A stretch of 64,000 nucleotides of DNA, taken from Octopus sinensis. Lineage: Eukaryota. The notes beneath the pieces were generated by a model. It had not been told where the DNA came from, did not search any database, and saw nothing but the letters and a program-made list of their open reading frames with translations. The stretch is taken from assembly GCF_006345805.1 (NCBI RefSeq), contig NC_043004.1, positions 88,412,001-88,476,000 on the forward strand. The letters run 5' to 3'. Below, piece by piece: positions 1 through 13,712 of the stretch (position 1 is its first letter; every line of letters begins with the position of its first letter). The translations under genes were made by a program, and so were the position numbers.

Positions 1-484
1 TATATATATATATATTTTCTTATTACATTTTATCGACAAAAAGAATTACCAAAAATGATTCAAGAGACGAGAGCTTCGTGTATGGCATTCGTGCAGTGCC
101 CCAAACACCCCCCCCACACTTTTGTAACGTTTAAAGATAATCAAACTCATTATATAATCATATATTTGTTCATCGAAGACCGTACCTAAATATTTACATA
201 CATATTTGCATACATTAATACACACACACACATGCAAACAAACACACGGACATATGCACACCCACATACTGACACACACTCACACATATATTTATATATA
301 TATATATATTATATATTATATATTATATGTATATATATGCTAAAATGGTACAGTGGATAACAAACGTCTTTACAGTAAAAAATTAGAAGCAACAAAAATC
401 GGGCGCAGATATGCTCAAATCCTCATAATAGTCGGACAAGTATCATCACAATTTCGACAGCTATGATATCTTATTCATCTGGTG

Positions 485-584
485 NNNNNNNNNNNNNNNN
501 NNNNNNNNNNNNNNNNNNNNNNNNNNNNNNNNNNNNNNNNNNNNNNNNNNNNNNNNNNNNNNNNNNNNNNNNNNNNNNNNNNNN
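485..584. other. Assembly gap (100 N)
   Basis: Run of N characters. Confidence 0.99.
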
Positions 585-696
585 TTTCAAACGAAAATGA
601 GAAGGAAAAAGAAACCATTCTGCAAAATACAAACGAAAAATCACGACTCTATTTGTCGAAAAAGCACAATTCTTAACGTAGGAATTTCAACAGTAT

Positions 697-1103
697 ACTA
701 GTTAACAAAAGCTGCAATGGACTAGCGCAGAGTGCGACCTTAGCTTCACGCAAGTATCAAATAATAGGAGTACAGCCATGGACTGGTGTCGGTCCTATAC
801 TGCTTCTTACCATCCAATGTATCGCTTTTGGTGCATTGGAAATTCCTGATTTACCCTCTTGAAATTATGATATGCAAATCTACATTCTATGACGTAGTGT
901 TAAATCTATGATGTATAAAAAACAATGAGTGATTTATAGGATGCAAATGCTCTCAGGTATATTTAATCAGGTTCGACCATGGGCTAAACAGCGGCGACGA
1001 CAATAGTCGGTATCTACATATCAAATTTGAGCGCAATCGGATGGAGGATGTCCGAGATCCTAGAAGACACACACAGACAGGCAGAACGGATTTTATATAA
1101 TAG
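697..1103. mobile_element. Non-autonomous Helitron/Helentron-like element
   Basis: Starts TACTAG and ends ...cagacaggcagaacggattttatataatag. The same terminal segment recurs at ~43912-43966. Ends resemble HINE/Helitron termini. Confidence 0.5.
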
Positions 1104-1119
1104 TTATATATATATAAAA

Positions 1120-1450
1120 CACCCTTCGGTCACGAATAACCATGGAATCACACTTAAAAAGGTTCCCTTCCGAAGTACAGGTTCGGGCAGGGACGTTTAT
1201 GGAAGACCGGCTGTCACCCATGCATACCGGTCTTCCCTCTCTACGCCACCGATTTTATCCAAAGCAAAGGCGAAGGCTGGTACAGCTCGGCATCATTGAC
1301 GTCGCAACTCATTTCTACAGGCGAGTGAAATGAAGCAACGTTAAATAAAGTGTCTTGCTCAAAAACCCAACACCGGTCCGGGAATCGAAATCACTATCTC
1401 ATGATTGTGTGAGCCCAACGCTCTAACCACTGAAGCCATGTACCTTCACG
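1120..1450 (-). mobile_element. tRNA-derived SINE (family D)
   Basis: Minus strand has a tRNA-like head (catggcttcagtggttagagcg...ttcgattcccggacc) with A/B-box-like motifs; flanked by TA repeats. Confidence 0.6.
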
Positions 1451-1453
1451 CAC

Positions 1454-1480
1454 AATATATATATATATATATATATATAG

Positions 1481-1512
<32 letters not shown>

Positions 1513-1513
1513 A

Positions 1514-1584
<71 letters not shown>

Positions 1585-1655
1585 ATATATAATATAATAT
1601 ATATATATATATATATCATATATATATATATATTATATATATATATATATATTAT

Positions 1656-1703
<48 letters not shown>

Positions 1704-1722
1704 TATATATATATTATATATA
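1454..1722. repeat. (TA)n microsatellite (representative of dozens in the window)
   Basis: Imperfect TA array. Confidence 0.95.
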
Positions 1723-1801
1723 ATACAAAAATGGGACAAAACGGAAAACATCCAGACAGACGATACAAAGAAAACAAGGACGGATCATTCGGAGTTTTCT
1801 A

Positions 1802-1874
1802 TCCCCAGTCGAATTCCAGATTATCTTCGCAATTTCAGCTGGTTATACTCGAGAATGCTCCGATCTGGCCAGCC
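1802..1874 (-). ncRNA. Candidate non-circularly permuted hammerhead ribozyme (copy C)
   Basis: Minus strand: ggctgg ccagat cgga gcat-UC tcgag tataa ccagct GAAA ttgc ... atctgg aa ttcga CUGGGGA. Four helices; A6 is replaced by G. Confidence 0.6.
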
Positions 1875-1879
1875 CCAAA

Positions 1880-2290
1880 AAGTCAAGATAGAAAATGCTA
1901 AAATAATTTTATAAAAAAAATTTCAGTACCGGTTTCAGTCATTGAGACTTTTTCAACTGCAACAATTAAACAATTAAATTTAGAAAAATTAAAAAGAAAA
2001 GTTTTTAAAAGAATATTTGCATAGTGTTCAAATACAAGTGGCATTTTCCTTGTTTCTGTCTTTCTCTGTCTCTCTTGTTTACTCTTGTCGGTTCGAGGTC
2101 GTTGTGAATTCTTGGTAGGGAAGAAGAGGAAAAAAGAGAAGGGAAAGAGAAGGAGAAGAAGAAGAAAAGAAGAAGAAGAAGAAGAAGAAGGAGACGAATG
2201 TGGGAGTGTCATGACCGTAGTATGTTGAATGGTCAGCTAACGACCCACAGTGGATGGTAGCAGTCGCTCTTCAATTCATGAAAATATTTC
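1880..2290 (-). mobile_element. Solo terminal repeat of the Penelope-like family at 24705-26560
   Basis: Reverse complement matches 26135-26550 (gaattcacaacga, tatttgaa...atgcaaata, cagttgaaaaagtctcaatgactgaaaccggtactgaaa). Confidence 0.8.
1921..1962 (-). ncRNA. Minimal type I hammerhead ribozyme, U3-A8 core variant
   Basis: cag UUGAAAA agtc-tcaat-gact GAAA CCGG UA ctg: stems I and II pair, stem III is the palindrome ACCGGU, cleavage triplet is GUA. Confidence 0.75.
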
Positions 2291-2543
2291 TTTTGAATGT
2301 TTTGTTTATAGAATGTATATATATATATATATATGTGTGTGTGTGGTGTGTGTGTGTGTTTGTGTGGGTGTGGGTGTGTATGTGTGTGTGTGTGTTTTGT
2401 GTATGTATGAATGTATATATATATAATATTGTATATTATCTACTATTTTATTGAACGCGACTCATCCATTTACAAGTTTATACATACATATACACATATA
2501 TGTATATCTATGCGTGTTAGTGCATATATGTGTGTGTATATAC

Positions 2544-2576
<33 letters not shown>

Positions 2577-3101
2577 GTATACACACACACATATATTATA
2601 TACATGTATATATATGCATGATTAGTATCTGTATGAGCATCAAGATACGACCAGATATTGATTTAAATGCATATGTGAAGGAACACGTCTGCATACAAAA
2701 AGTAAACTATGGCACATATAGAAACACAGGTTCGTGCACTCAAACACGCAAACACGCACGCACACCCACACACCTACACACCCATATATAGACAATCATG
2801 CATTCAATTCAGGCATGTTTAATTTCTTTGTTTTTTATCAATTCCTTCGTTTCATCCTACTTTCCCATTGCAACAACAATGCGATGATTTAAGGAGATCC
2901 TGGGAGCAAATATCTAAGCACTCTACCTTCATCTAATATAATAAAGGGTGAAGCCGAATACTTAAGGAAATGTGTGAGTGTTTAACCAAAAGGCGAATCA
3001 AAGTACCAAAACCTATTAAGTTACGTTTCGTTTTTACACAGGTGCAATATTCCAAAATTATTTTCTCTCTATATATATGTATATATATATATATATATAT
3101 A

Positions 3102-3328
3102 CAGCATCCTCTCGACTATCGCGGGTGATATGTTCCACCTCCACCCACCCCAAATAGGTTTAAATCCGCGAAGTAGAAACAGTAACATATAGTACTTTTA
3201 AAAACATTATTATTATAATTTGTATATATTTATTTCATCATAAATGCAAAACAACACCATGGAAGAATTGAGGTAAGCTTAAATAATAAACTGCGATAGG
3301 TGAACCGCGATATGGCGAGGGATTACTG
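3102..3328. mobile_element. pogo/Tigger-like MITE
   Basis: Imperfect TIRs cagcatcctctcgactatcgcgg / ccgcgatatggcgagggattactg, flanked by TA. Confidence 0.65.
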
Positions 3329-3466
3329 TACATGTGTGTGCGTGTGTATATATATGTATGTATATATTCTCTTATAACAATATTGATTATATGCATGTAT
3401 GTGTATGTCTGAACGACATATGTATATATATATATATATTATATATGTAATATATATAATATATAT

Positions 3467-3501
<35 letters not shown>

Positions 3502-3517
3502 TGTGTATATACATACA

Positions 3518-3555
<38 letters not shown>

Positions 3556-4099
3556 CGAAGATTAATCCGCTCGTGGTGAATATAGATATAAATAATTTTT
3601 TATATACTTAAATATATACATGTATGTATGTGTGAGTATGTGTGATGTGTGTGTGTCTGTGTGTGTATGTGTGTGTGAGTTTGTGCATGTGTAATATCCT
3701 TTTATCGCTGGTTTTAGTTTTGCTCACAATTTCACACACCCAGATTAATTTAAACAAACTATCAATGAATTTTATGGTTCCTTCTAAACGAATGAGCAAA
3801 AACAAGAAAGGAACACAATTATCTAACGTAACTTTTTTCAATAAACGTCACTAACGAATGTATGGGAACCAAATCTCCGTAGAATATAGAACCACACCAT
3901 TCATCAATATCTGCAAGTAAAATATCATTTAAACCATAAACGGTATAGTTCGTCGCTTAACTCATTGCGCAATAAACATGAAATGAAAAATAGAGGAACT
4001 GATTTTTTTCGTACGACGTTATCGTACACAGGCAGATAGGTAACCGTTACTAGCAAAGGCCACTTGAGATCCTCGGGGAGAAAATCGCACTTATGTAGA

Positions 4100-4234
4100 T
4101 GGCTTGAGCGTGGTTGTGTGGTAAGAAGCTTACTTTTCAACGAAATGGTTCAGGTTTCAGTCACATTAGGTGACACCTTGGACCGACCAAGCCTTGTGAG
4201 TGGATTTGGTGCATGGATACTGAAAGAAGCCCTT

Positions 4235-4237
<3 letters not shown>
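4100..4237 (+). mobile_element. SINE family B, 5' part
   Basis: gtggttgtgtggtaagaagctt...ggtttcagtc...gccttgtgagtggatttggt; homologous to 4397-4780. Confidence 0.7.
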
Positions 4238-4291
<54 letters not shown>

Positions 4292-4349
4292 TTTACTCTT
4301 TTAGATATTCACAAGCGTAGAAACAAAACACATACATACAATATAATAA

Positions 4350-4396
<47 letters not shown>

Positions 4397-4398
<2 letters not shown>

Positions 4399-4780
4399 TC
4401 TTTTACTTGTTTCAGTCATTTGACTGCGGCCATGCTGGGAGCAACCGCTTTAGTCGAGCAAATCGACTCAAGGACTTATTCTTAGTAAGCCTAGTACTTA
4501 ATCTATCGGTCTCTTTTGCCGAACCGCTAAGTTACGGGGACGTAGACACACCAGCGTCGGTTGTCAAACGATGTTGGGGGGACAATCACAGACACACAAA
4601 CACACACACACACATACAAACATATATATACATATACATACGACGGGCTTCTTTCCACTCACAAGACATTGGTCGGCCCGAGGCTATAGTAAAAGACACT
4701 TGCCCAAGGTGCCACGCAGTGGGACTGAACCCGAAACCATGTGGTTGGTAAGCAAGCTACTTACCACACAGCCACTCGTG
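4397..4780 (-). mobile_element. tRNA-derived SINE family B, full length
   Basis: tRNA-like head (gagtggctgtgtggtaag...gggttcagtccc), internal (TA)/(TG) tract, 3' end gactgaaacaagtaaaagag; about 11 homologous copies in the window. Confidence 0.85.
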
Positions 4781-4828
<48 letters not shown>

Positions 4829-4956
4829 CAAAGTAGGGGGTTAGTTCACAGGTGATCTAAGCGATTAGGTACGCTAGTTAAGTGCTGTAAATGATAACTA
4901 GGTCTCCAAGTTTATAGCCGAGACGGTAGTTATGAATTTCAGATGCAGGGGATATA

Positions 4957-5451
4957 TTGACGTCCTGTTAAACAGGACGTCAACCATTAAGGCAACGCAA
5001 ACATCTCAAGTCATATACACTATTATTATAGGAAAAAATTCAAAATCTTACAGCTGTTTCTGGGATATCCTAGCGTATGGGATATTCCGTCATGAGAAAC
5101 AAATTGTGGCAAAAAATATGGAAAATGAGAATGATATATATCAGTAAGATGATAACATAGAGGAAGGGAGTAAGTGAATAAGGAGATGGAAAGAGAGAAG
5201 AAAAAAGAGGCATAAAAGTTCATAGTGCAACTTTCCGAAGAAACCAAAGCATGAGTACTTAAGTGCAATCCTGTGTAGGCACATGAGTGTAAGTCTTTAG
5301 GTGCTATATAAGGACTCCAGCCCACATTGATATACGTAGGGTTGCAACTAAAGACTTACACGTATGGATATACGCAGGATTACACCTGTAATAATATTAT
5401 ATAAGACTTATGTTATTTGCCTTGCCTTAATGTTTGACGTCCTGTTTAACA
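4957..5451 (-). mobile_element. Short PLE-derived element with inverted end segments and a degenerate hammerhead
   Basis: Palindrome at 4957-4983; 4966-5001 is inverted at 5416-5451; hammerhead-like motif at 5046-5100. Confidence 0.55.
5046..5100 (-). ncRNA. Degenerate type I hammerhead
   Basis: ttt CUCAUGA cggaatatcc...ggatatccca GAAA CAGCUG UA aga; G5 is replaced by C; stem III is palindromic. Confidence 0.55.
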
Positions 5452-5529
5452 ATTATATACGTGTGTGTGTGTGTGTATATTTGTGTCTGTGTCAGTGTGT
5501 GTGTATGTGTGCGCGCATGTGCGTGTGTG

Positions 5530-5705
5530 TGTTTGTCCCCCACCACAGCTTGACATCCCCGTAAATTAGCGCTTGGGCAATGAGGTCGATAGGATAGGTA
5601 CCAGGCTTAAAACAAGAACAAGCGCGCATTCATTCGAGTAAATTTTCTTCAAGGCGGTGCTCTAGAATGGCCACTGTCTGACTGAAACAAGTAAAAGATA
5701 AAAGA
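5530..5705 (+). mobile_element. SINE family B, 3' part
   Basis: gtttgtcccc...aggcggtgctctagaatggcc...gactgaaacaagtaaaaga. Confidence 0.7.
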
Positions 5706-5782
5706 TATATATATATACATATATATATGTATATATATACCCATTTAGATATAGATTTTTATCTATGCATTTCTTTTGCCTA

Positions 5783-5960
5783 TGTCAGTCATTTGATTGG
5801 GGCCATGATGGAGCACTGCCTTTAGTCGAATAAATCGAGCCCAGAACTTATCCTTTGTAAGCCTAGTACTTGTTCTATCGGTCACTTTTGCCGAACCGGT
5901 AAGTTACGGGGAGGTAAACACACCAACATCGGTTGTCAAGTGATGGTAGGGGGGACAAAG
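5783..5960 (-). mobile_element. SINE family B, 3' part
   Basis: Homologous to 4410-4585. Confidence 0.75.
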
Positions 5961-6304
5961 AGAGTCAAAGAAATGCATACATATCAGAGACGTGCCGCCT
6001 AGTTAGGCACGGTAGGCAGTGCCTACACTAAACAAAGTAGATCGATACCAACATTTTCCTTTTATGGCAAAACATGCTCCTAATTCAATAAAATTATGAC
6101 GATTTCTCTGATTACTGTGCATAAAATGAAAAATATTTAACCTTTTTTGTAGATTAGGTAGGCAGAATTCGCTCCTGCCTTTTAATCTCAGTATTTAAGC
6201 TACGCATAGTAATGCTGTAGTACACGCCAGTTTTTCGATTATTTTTGTGCGTTTTAATACATAAAGGTCACCAAATCCTGCCCTGAGTAATTACTGACTG
6301 TACG

Positions 6305-6375
<71 letters not shown>

Positions 6376-6740
6376 GTATATGTATATATTGATATATATG
6401 TATATATATATAATATATTATATATATATTATATATCAATATATATATACCTATATATCTCTCTCTCTCTTATATATATATATATATATATTTGAAAGTT
6501 TATGAGAATTACTTAATACAGTATTTTAATGTAAATGTGATTTTTGGAAAAAATTATTAAAACAAAAATTATATGAAATCTTTTATGAGGATGTTACTAA
6601 CCTTTTTTGGGAAGAATTTTTTCTAGTGTGTGAACGCTTTCGTTTAACCTCTTCAAACACATGTGCTCTTAAAGAGAAAGTCGTTACATATAAAATATAT
6701 ATATATACAATATACAAACACACACATAAGACATATGTAT

Positions 6741-6818
<78 letters not shown>

Positions 6819-7419
6819 CTGTATATACAGTTGTGTGTAAGTACAATGCGTGTGTGTGTGTTTGTGTATGTGTGAGTGCGTATGTGTTGAGATAATAATG
6901 AGGAAATAGGTGAGACAGTGGAAGAGATACTGAGAGGGAGAGAGGGAGAGAGAGAGACGGAGTGAAGTAATTATAGAAAGAAAGATTATTCTAATAACGT
7001 AGTTTATGATAAATATGGGGCTGAATAACTATTCCATTCAAAGACAATTCAATTCTTCACTAAATGCATATACAAACGGATTGCGTACACTAATTCATTC
7101 ACTCATTCATGCAAATTTTTATGTATATACGTATGTACATACTTACACAGGTACAAACACAAACACATGCACACACACATATATATATATATATATACCT
7201 GAGGAACAAGTTAAAGGTAAAATAAATATATATGTGTGTGTGTGTCGTTGAAGGCTCGAACTGAGGAGTAGATAGCTGAGAACTGATGAAAGACCGTTCT
7301 TTGTGTTACTTGTTCTGTTTTCCATATTTTCTGTCGTTGTTTGCGTATTTAACTCGTTTGTTTTCGTACTTCATGTTGTTTACAGTTGGTGATGTCCTGA
7401 CATATATATATATATATAT

Positions 7420-7790
7420 ACTGTTATACTTGCGGATGGTGATATATTGCCAGTTAAGCATATGCACTTTATATTTGGTTTTCACCTCAGCTTTATTATT
7501 GTTATTATCATTAATATTGTTTTAGATTCAGTTTCTTTGTGAATTCAGTAACTTCTATGTTGAAGTAGAGACAACATGTTCTTTGTCTATCTCCTTAACA
7601 TCTTGGAGATTGTAGGTATAATTATACTAATGTATCCATCTGCTCTAATTTAATTAAATTTTATATTCTTGGGCAGTCGAGATTTGCTCTGCATTTTAAA
7701 TTGATATAATGATTGCATTGTTTAATTAAATAGAGTTGCATGAAACGATCTTAGTGCATTACCTCTGGATATCCTTGTTGCTTATTTTGA
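7420..7790 (-). mobile_element. Highly degenerate Penelope-like ORF fragment
   Basis: Minus-strand remnants KQQGYPE and SKSRLPKNIK resemble the HYP and KSKRQPKS motifs of the other PLE copies in this window. Confidence 0.35.
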
Positions 7791-7837
7791 TATATAGATA
7801 AATAGATAGATAGATAGATAGATAGAGAGAGAGATAG

Positions 7838-7933
<96 letters not shown>

Positions 7934-8329
7934 TTCGATAGATATAAAATGATTTCACTTACGTATAGTGATACTACTAACCAGTTGTGTGATCTCAATA
8001 TATATATATATTATATATATATATATATATATGCTTTCGAATAAGGTGCTGTTCGAATGCAGAACGTAATATCAACATATGGATCGCAAATGAACAAGTA
8101 TGGTGTACCTGCCTTTATGAGGTTCCAGCTGCAGTGCAATGTCTTGTGGCTTCATCAGAAGTTGTTCGATGTTCAACTAACACACATTTCTGAGTGCATC
8201 GCGTCTAATAGAAACAGCTGTAAACTTACAGCTGTGATTATGTAAATCTAGTTCTTTTGTGATTAGTTGAATACACATACATACTCGTACATACACACAT
8301 ATATGTATATACGTATGGTTTACAGTTGT

Positions 8330-8470
8330 AAAAAAAAAAAAAGACAACAGATGGAGACAAGTGAGGGAAAGGAAACAAGTTGCATTAGTTTGACGCTTAC
8401 GAAAAGTGAAGGAGTCTTTGACGTTTCGAGCTTACGCTCTTCTCAAGAAAACAGATGGAGAAAGGATATA
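8330..8470 (-). mobile_element. Short PLE-type terminal-repeat element (family H) with a hammerhead-like motif at 8415-8451
   Basis: tttt CUUGAGA a gagc-gtaa-gctc GAAA CG UC aaag; homologous to 28690-28850, 59040-59195 and 62415-62620. Confidence 0.6.
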
Positions 8471-8483
8471 TCTGGATGTATGT

Positions 8484-8515
<32 letters not shown>

Positions 8516-9491
8516 CACACACAAACATATATCCTTTATATGTATATACATACATGCATTACATACATGCGTACATACATTTACGAGCATCAAACTAATA
8601 AACCTACTTGTTTTTCATACACCTGCCTTCGTCTTTTGTTTTTCTATAAGTTAACACTATATATATATACGTATATATAAGTATTAATATATATATATGT
8701 GAGTGTGTGTGTGTGTGTGTGCGTGTGTGTGTATATGTATGTATACTGTGTGTGTGTTTACTGTTTGTGTATTGATGTAGGCGTTTTGAAAGTGTATTGT
8801 TGTAGGTGTTGATTAATGTGTGTATATGCTTCCGTATGTTTATGGGGGAGAATGGGTGTTAATTATTAATTAACATTTATGAAACACAAGATTAAGAGAA
8901 TCGTAAAACTTATTATTCAAGTCCTGATTCTTTTAAATCTAATTTACTATTTGAAAATTTTAATTGTGCAAAAAGCATATACGGGTGCGCACATCCGAGC
9001 GCGCACACACACACACACAGACACATACACACACACACATAAGCAGACTTTCGCGCGCGCACACAAACGCACACACATATACTAATAGAAACGAGATGCA
9101 CTCGGAGACAGAAACATGCACATACGCATAAACACATCCACATACATTCACAGGCAACCACCCACACACACACACTCCCGCGTACACACCCATATAATGA
9201 AAGACGAACGACACACATACATAGAAAGAGACTCACGAAATACACATATACATATTTACACATAAACACTCTCATATACCACAAAGATACACATAAATTG
9301 ACAGCCGCACAGACACACACATACGCACAAAATATTTGTCACACATTTCAATGCATCATTACTTACGTGCATACATACATACATTCAAACATACATTCAT
9401 ACATACGTACATATATACATTCATACATACTTGTATACATGCATGCTCATGCATACATACTGAGATACATCCATAGATACACACACACATG

Positions 9492-9563
<72 letters not shown>

Positions 9564-10051
9564 GTGTGTGTTTGTGTGTGCACGCACGTACTTATATTCA
9601 CATACATGCATACATACATACATACATACATATATACAAACATACATACATACACACATACAAACATACATACATAATACATACATAAATACACATATAT
9701 TCATTCATTTATACACACATACATACAATTTTAAAGCGAAATATAATAAAGCAAATTCTTGTATAATTATCCAATGTGATTTTTGAATATTTAATTAAAC
9801 ATGTTTGAAACAAAACTCTTAATAATATTCATTGTTTTATAAACTTCTAAAGAAACCTCTTCAAAAAGCGCACCAAACTAAATTATAAATTATATTATCA
9901 ACGAATTGCGGAAGACGTATTTGAGTTGATCTTTTTGCGTATTTACTAGATCGTATGAAAATAGCAGACACCGAAACATTGTAAGAAATTTCACCTGCAA
10001 TCTGTAGCCTCATTTAGTTATAAGCAGTACATACGCTAAGCCTACAAAGTG

Positions 10052-10157
10052 GAGACACATGTCCTAGTGGTTAGAGCAGTGGACTCGCGGTCGAGGGATC
10101 GCGGGTTCGAATCTCAGACCGGGCGATAGGTGTGTTTATGAGCGAAACACCTAAGCT
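10052..10157 (+). mobile_element. tRNA-derived SINE head (family C)
   Basis: tagtggttagagcagtggactcgcggtc...gggttcgaatc; homologous to 32343-32637. Confidence 0.7.
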
Positions 10158-10361
10158 ACCAACTAAACAGCAACCAAATCTTCTTTAAATTTCGTTAAAC
10201 TCGTTACAAATTCTACACAAGAAACAGGGCCCTTTTCGTTGCTTGCACCTTCTCGCAAACAATAACCAATAATCAAATTTTTCATTAAATCAGGCAAGAA
10301 ACATTGCAAATTCTTTACGAGACAGCGACTTGTCTCTGTGTAGCCGTTCGACATAAGCCTC

Positions 10362-10501
10362 AGTACTTGTCTGGTACTTCATCCGTATGGATGAAAGTCA
10401 AAGTTGACCAGATGGGTATTTGAACTCAGAATCTAAAGAGAGGGAAAAATTGCCGTTAGTCATATTGAACGATGTGCTAACGATTCGGCCAGCTCGCTGC
10501 C
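10362..10501 (-). mobile_element. SINE family A
   Basis: gcgagctggccgaatcgttagc...ttctgagttcaaat...actttcatcc. Confidence 0.7.
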
Positions 10502-10561
10502 TTTCTTCTGGTCAATGCAACTATAAATAAGTTCTCCACCACGAGTGCTGGAGCATTCCTC

Positions 10562-10612
<51 letters not shown>

Positions 10613-11349
10613 CCTTCCATCTCTCTCTCTCGTTCCCCCTCTCTCTAGCACTCCTCTTCTCAATGTTACACTGGTATGAGCATAAAAAAGGTGTCTTTTT
10701 GCTCGACCACAAAGGCACCTAAAGCAATGAGTGAAAACACGGCACACTCTACAAGTCCGTTCTCGCTTACAGGTATTTATAAAAATTACATTGTTCATCG
10801 GTGCTTCATTATTTTTTAAGACTGCAGGATGTAATATAAGGAATTGGACATTTGGTTAGCATTTCTAGCAGATCATGTAACAACGCAGAGGCTCCCATGT
10901 TCGTAATCAATTATGTCTCCCCACTAAAATCAATATTGTCCAGCAGTTCAGTTATATTTCACTGTTTCGATTTGAGAAAACAGATAAATGAAGTCAAGCA
11001 TTTAACTTCTAATTTAAGAATGAACTTGTTCGTACATGAACTCTGCTGTCTCGAAACATATTACGCATTTAAGCATGCTCCCACACACATACACAAAAGC
11101 AGACGCACAGAGACAAATACATACGTACATGAATACATACATGTATACATAGATACATACTGATACTAACACACACATAAAGAGTACATACGTAAAAAGT
11201 ATATGCATGCATTGATACACACACACACATATATAATTGTACATGTTACAACCACTATCATTCTCACATTGTGTACATATAAGAATATATGTGTGAGTGT
11301 GTGTGTATATACATACATCCAAAATTACACACACTCTCACACACACACA

Positions 11350-11386
<37 letters not shown>

Positions 11387-11505
11387 GCATACATATATGT
11401 ATAACAATACGCATATATACAAATATATATAAGCATATATATATACATATACATATATATATATGCATATATAGAAATATTTACATATATATAAGCATAT
11501 ATATA

Positions 11506-11549
<44 letters not shown>

Positions 11550-11681
11550 TGCATATATATATGTAAATATATATATAAATGCATATATATGTAAATATAT
11601 ATATGTTTATATGTAAATATATATATGTATATATATGTATGTATATATATATATGTTATATATATATATATATATAATATA

Positions 11682-11738
<57 letters not shown>

Positions 11739-12276
11739 TAGATAGATAAATACATACATACATACATACATGCATACATACATACATACATGCATACATA
11801 CATACATACATACATACATACATAATACATACATACATACATACATACTTATGTACACACTCGTAAATACAGATACACATATACATGAATTCTTGTGCAA
11901 ATTCAGGTACAAAAAAATTTTACACGTAAAAGAACATATTTTCGTTTTCTTTTTTCATGTTTCCTGTTTTTTAGTTTTTACCAGAAAATTATTTAAAAAT
12001 AGACTGAATTTAATAACTGTTTGGAAGAATTGCTACATCGTAGATGAAATGTAAAAGACATTGCGACTGTGTAATCGAATAAAACTTTCTATTTTTAATC
12101 ATTTCGCGGATTACGAAGTTAGAGAACGCCTGGAGACAACCAAATAATAAACAGTTTAGCATCGTCTGTTGTAAGGATCTGGAGAAGAAAGAGGGAAAAG
12201 AAAAGAAAAATTAGAAACGAACGACCAAGGAATAGATTTAGTTATATAATGTAAATAAAATGAATTAATAATAATG

Positions 12277-12400
12277 ATTTTGACATTTGCCACAAGGCTA
12301 GTCAGTTCGGGGGATTGGGTAAGTGGATTACATCGACCCCAGTGTTCAACTGGTACTTATTTCATCGAGCCCGAGAGGATGAAAAGCAAAGTTGACCTCC
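12277..12400 (-). mobile_element. SINE family A, 3' part
   Basis: gattacatcgaccccagtgttcaactggtacttatttcatcga. Confidence 0.7.
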
Positions 12401-13479
12401 AATCAGGGTTCCAGTAGCCTTGCAATTATGCGTAATTGAGAGACTTTGGAGTCCTATATTAAATCTAAAAGTATCTTTTTCGATTACTTTTTGGGGTGCA
12501 TTTGAAATTCTCATCTGTTCTTAAAGACATAAGCTATTTTCCCTTTGCCCTTATTTGTTTGAAGTCGTCAGGCAGAGACTACTCCTTTGGGAAATTATAT
12601 CAAGAAATTCTTAGTGTTGAAGACACTGGCAAAGCTGCCACAGGTGTGCAATTAGCAGAAAAAATGTTTTTAACTTAGTGAAGCGTGTGAAAATGTGTTA
12701 GTGTTGTTGTTGTTGTTGTTGTTGCTATTTTTGTTGTTACCTAAAACTATTATAACTCAAGTTGTTCAAGACAATTTTGGGCTGCTAAAATATCATTTCT
12801 CTTTCCTTCAGGTTCAAAATTAAAACATTCATGTATAATTAAATTCATATTTCTTTTTTCTTAACTCATTTTCTGTTCGTGAACAACGTTGTTTGTTCTT
12901 GTTTTGTTTTTTCCATTTTCGTTGTTCGTTTTTACCTTTTTTTATTCTGATCGAGGCGTGTATCTGTGAGAAGACGCCATCGTTATTTGACTGTTACACA
13001 AAAACAGAAAAAGAAATTCCATTGAAGATTAAGGCGCGGATCAACCTCTAGCATTGATTCCCTAAAACTGTAAACCACACCAATTTCAGCCACAGACTTT
13101 TCAATCGCTGGATGCTCGTAATTAAAAAAAAATGTTTAAACTGCGTTATTCTTTTTGAAACACCCTGAATTTGACATGAAACCTTTTAACGTATTCTTAT
13201 TTGAATGTTGTCTCATTCTCTCACTTTTTCTTTCTCACCCTTCTCTCCACCTGTTTATATGTGTGAGCATAGATTTCTTTATGTGTATCATGATTGTTCA
13301 ATTCAAAATTGTAATGACACTCTCTTACTTTTCTTCCTCTCTCCCTCCTATATTACTCCCATTTTCCCTCTCTCTCACACTTTCTCTCTCTCACTTTATA
13401 CATATGAGCATATTTCTGTATATGAGTATGAGGAGATGGAAAGAGTTTATTCCAACCGCTTTCAGTTAACGAATAGCTA

Positions 13480-13676
13480 TGTCTCTCCTCCCGCGTTCTC
13501 TCTCTCTCTTATTCTCTCTCTTACTCTCTCTCTCTCTCTCTTATTCTCTCTCTTACTCTCTCTCTCTCTTACTTTCTCTCTCTTACTCTCTCTCTCTCTC
13601 CTTATTCTCTCTCTTACTCTCTCTCTCTCTTATTCTCTCTCTTACTCTCTCTCTCTCTCTCTCTTATTCTCTCTCT

Positions 13677-13707
<31 letters not shown>
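13480..13707. repeat. (CT)n with periodic TTA/TTAT interruptions
   Basis: Higher-order unit ctctctcttattctctctcttactct. Confidence 0.9.

Positions 13708-13712
<5 letters not shown>

Noticed and set aside
8186-8236. GAAACAGCUGUA resembling a hammerhead 3' half
   Set aside because: The upstream core reads CUGAGUG and no stem II forms.
10052-10125. tRNA-like sequence
   Set aside because: It lacks a proper acceptor stem and continues into a SINE body shared with 32343.
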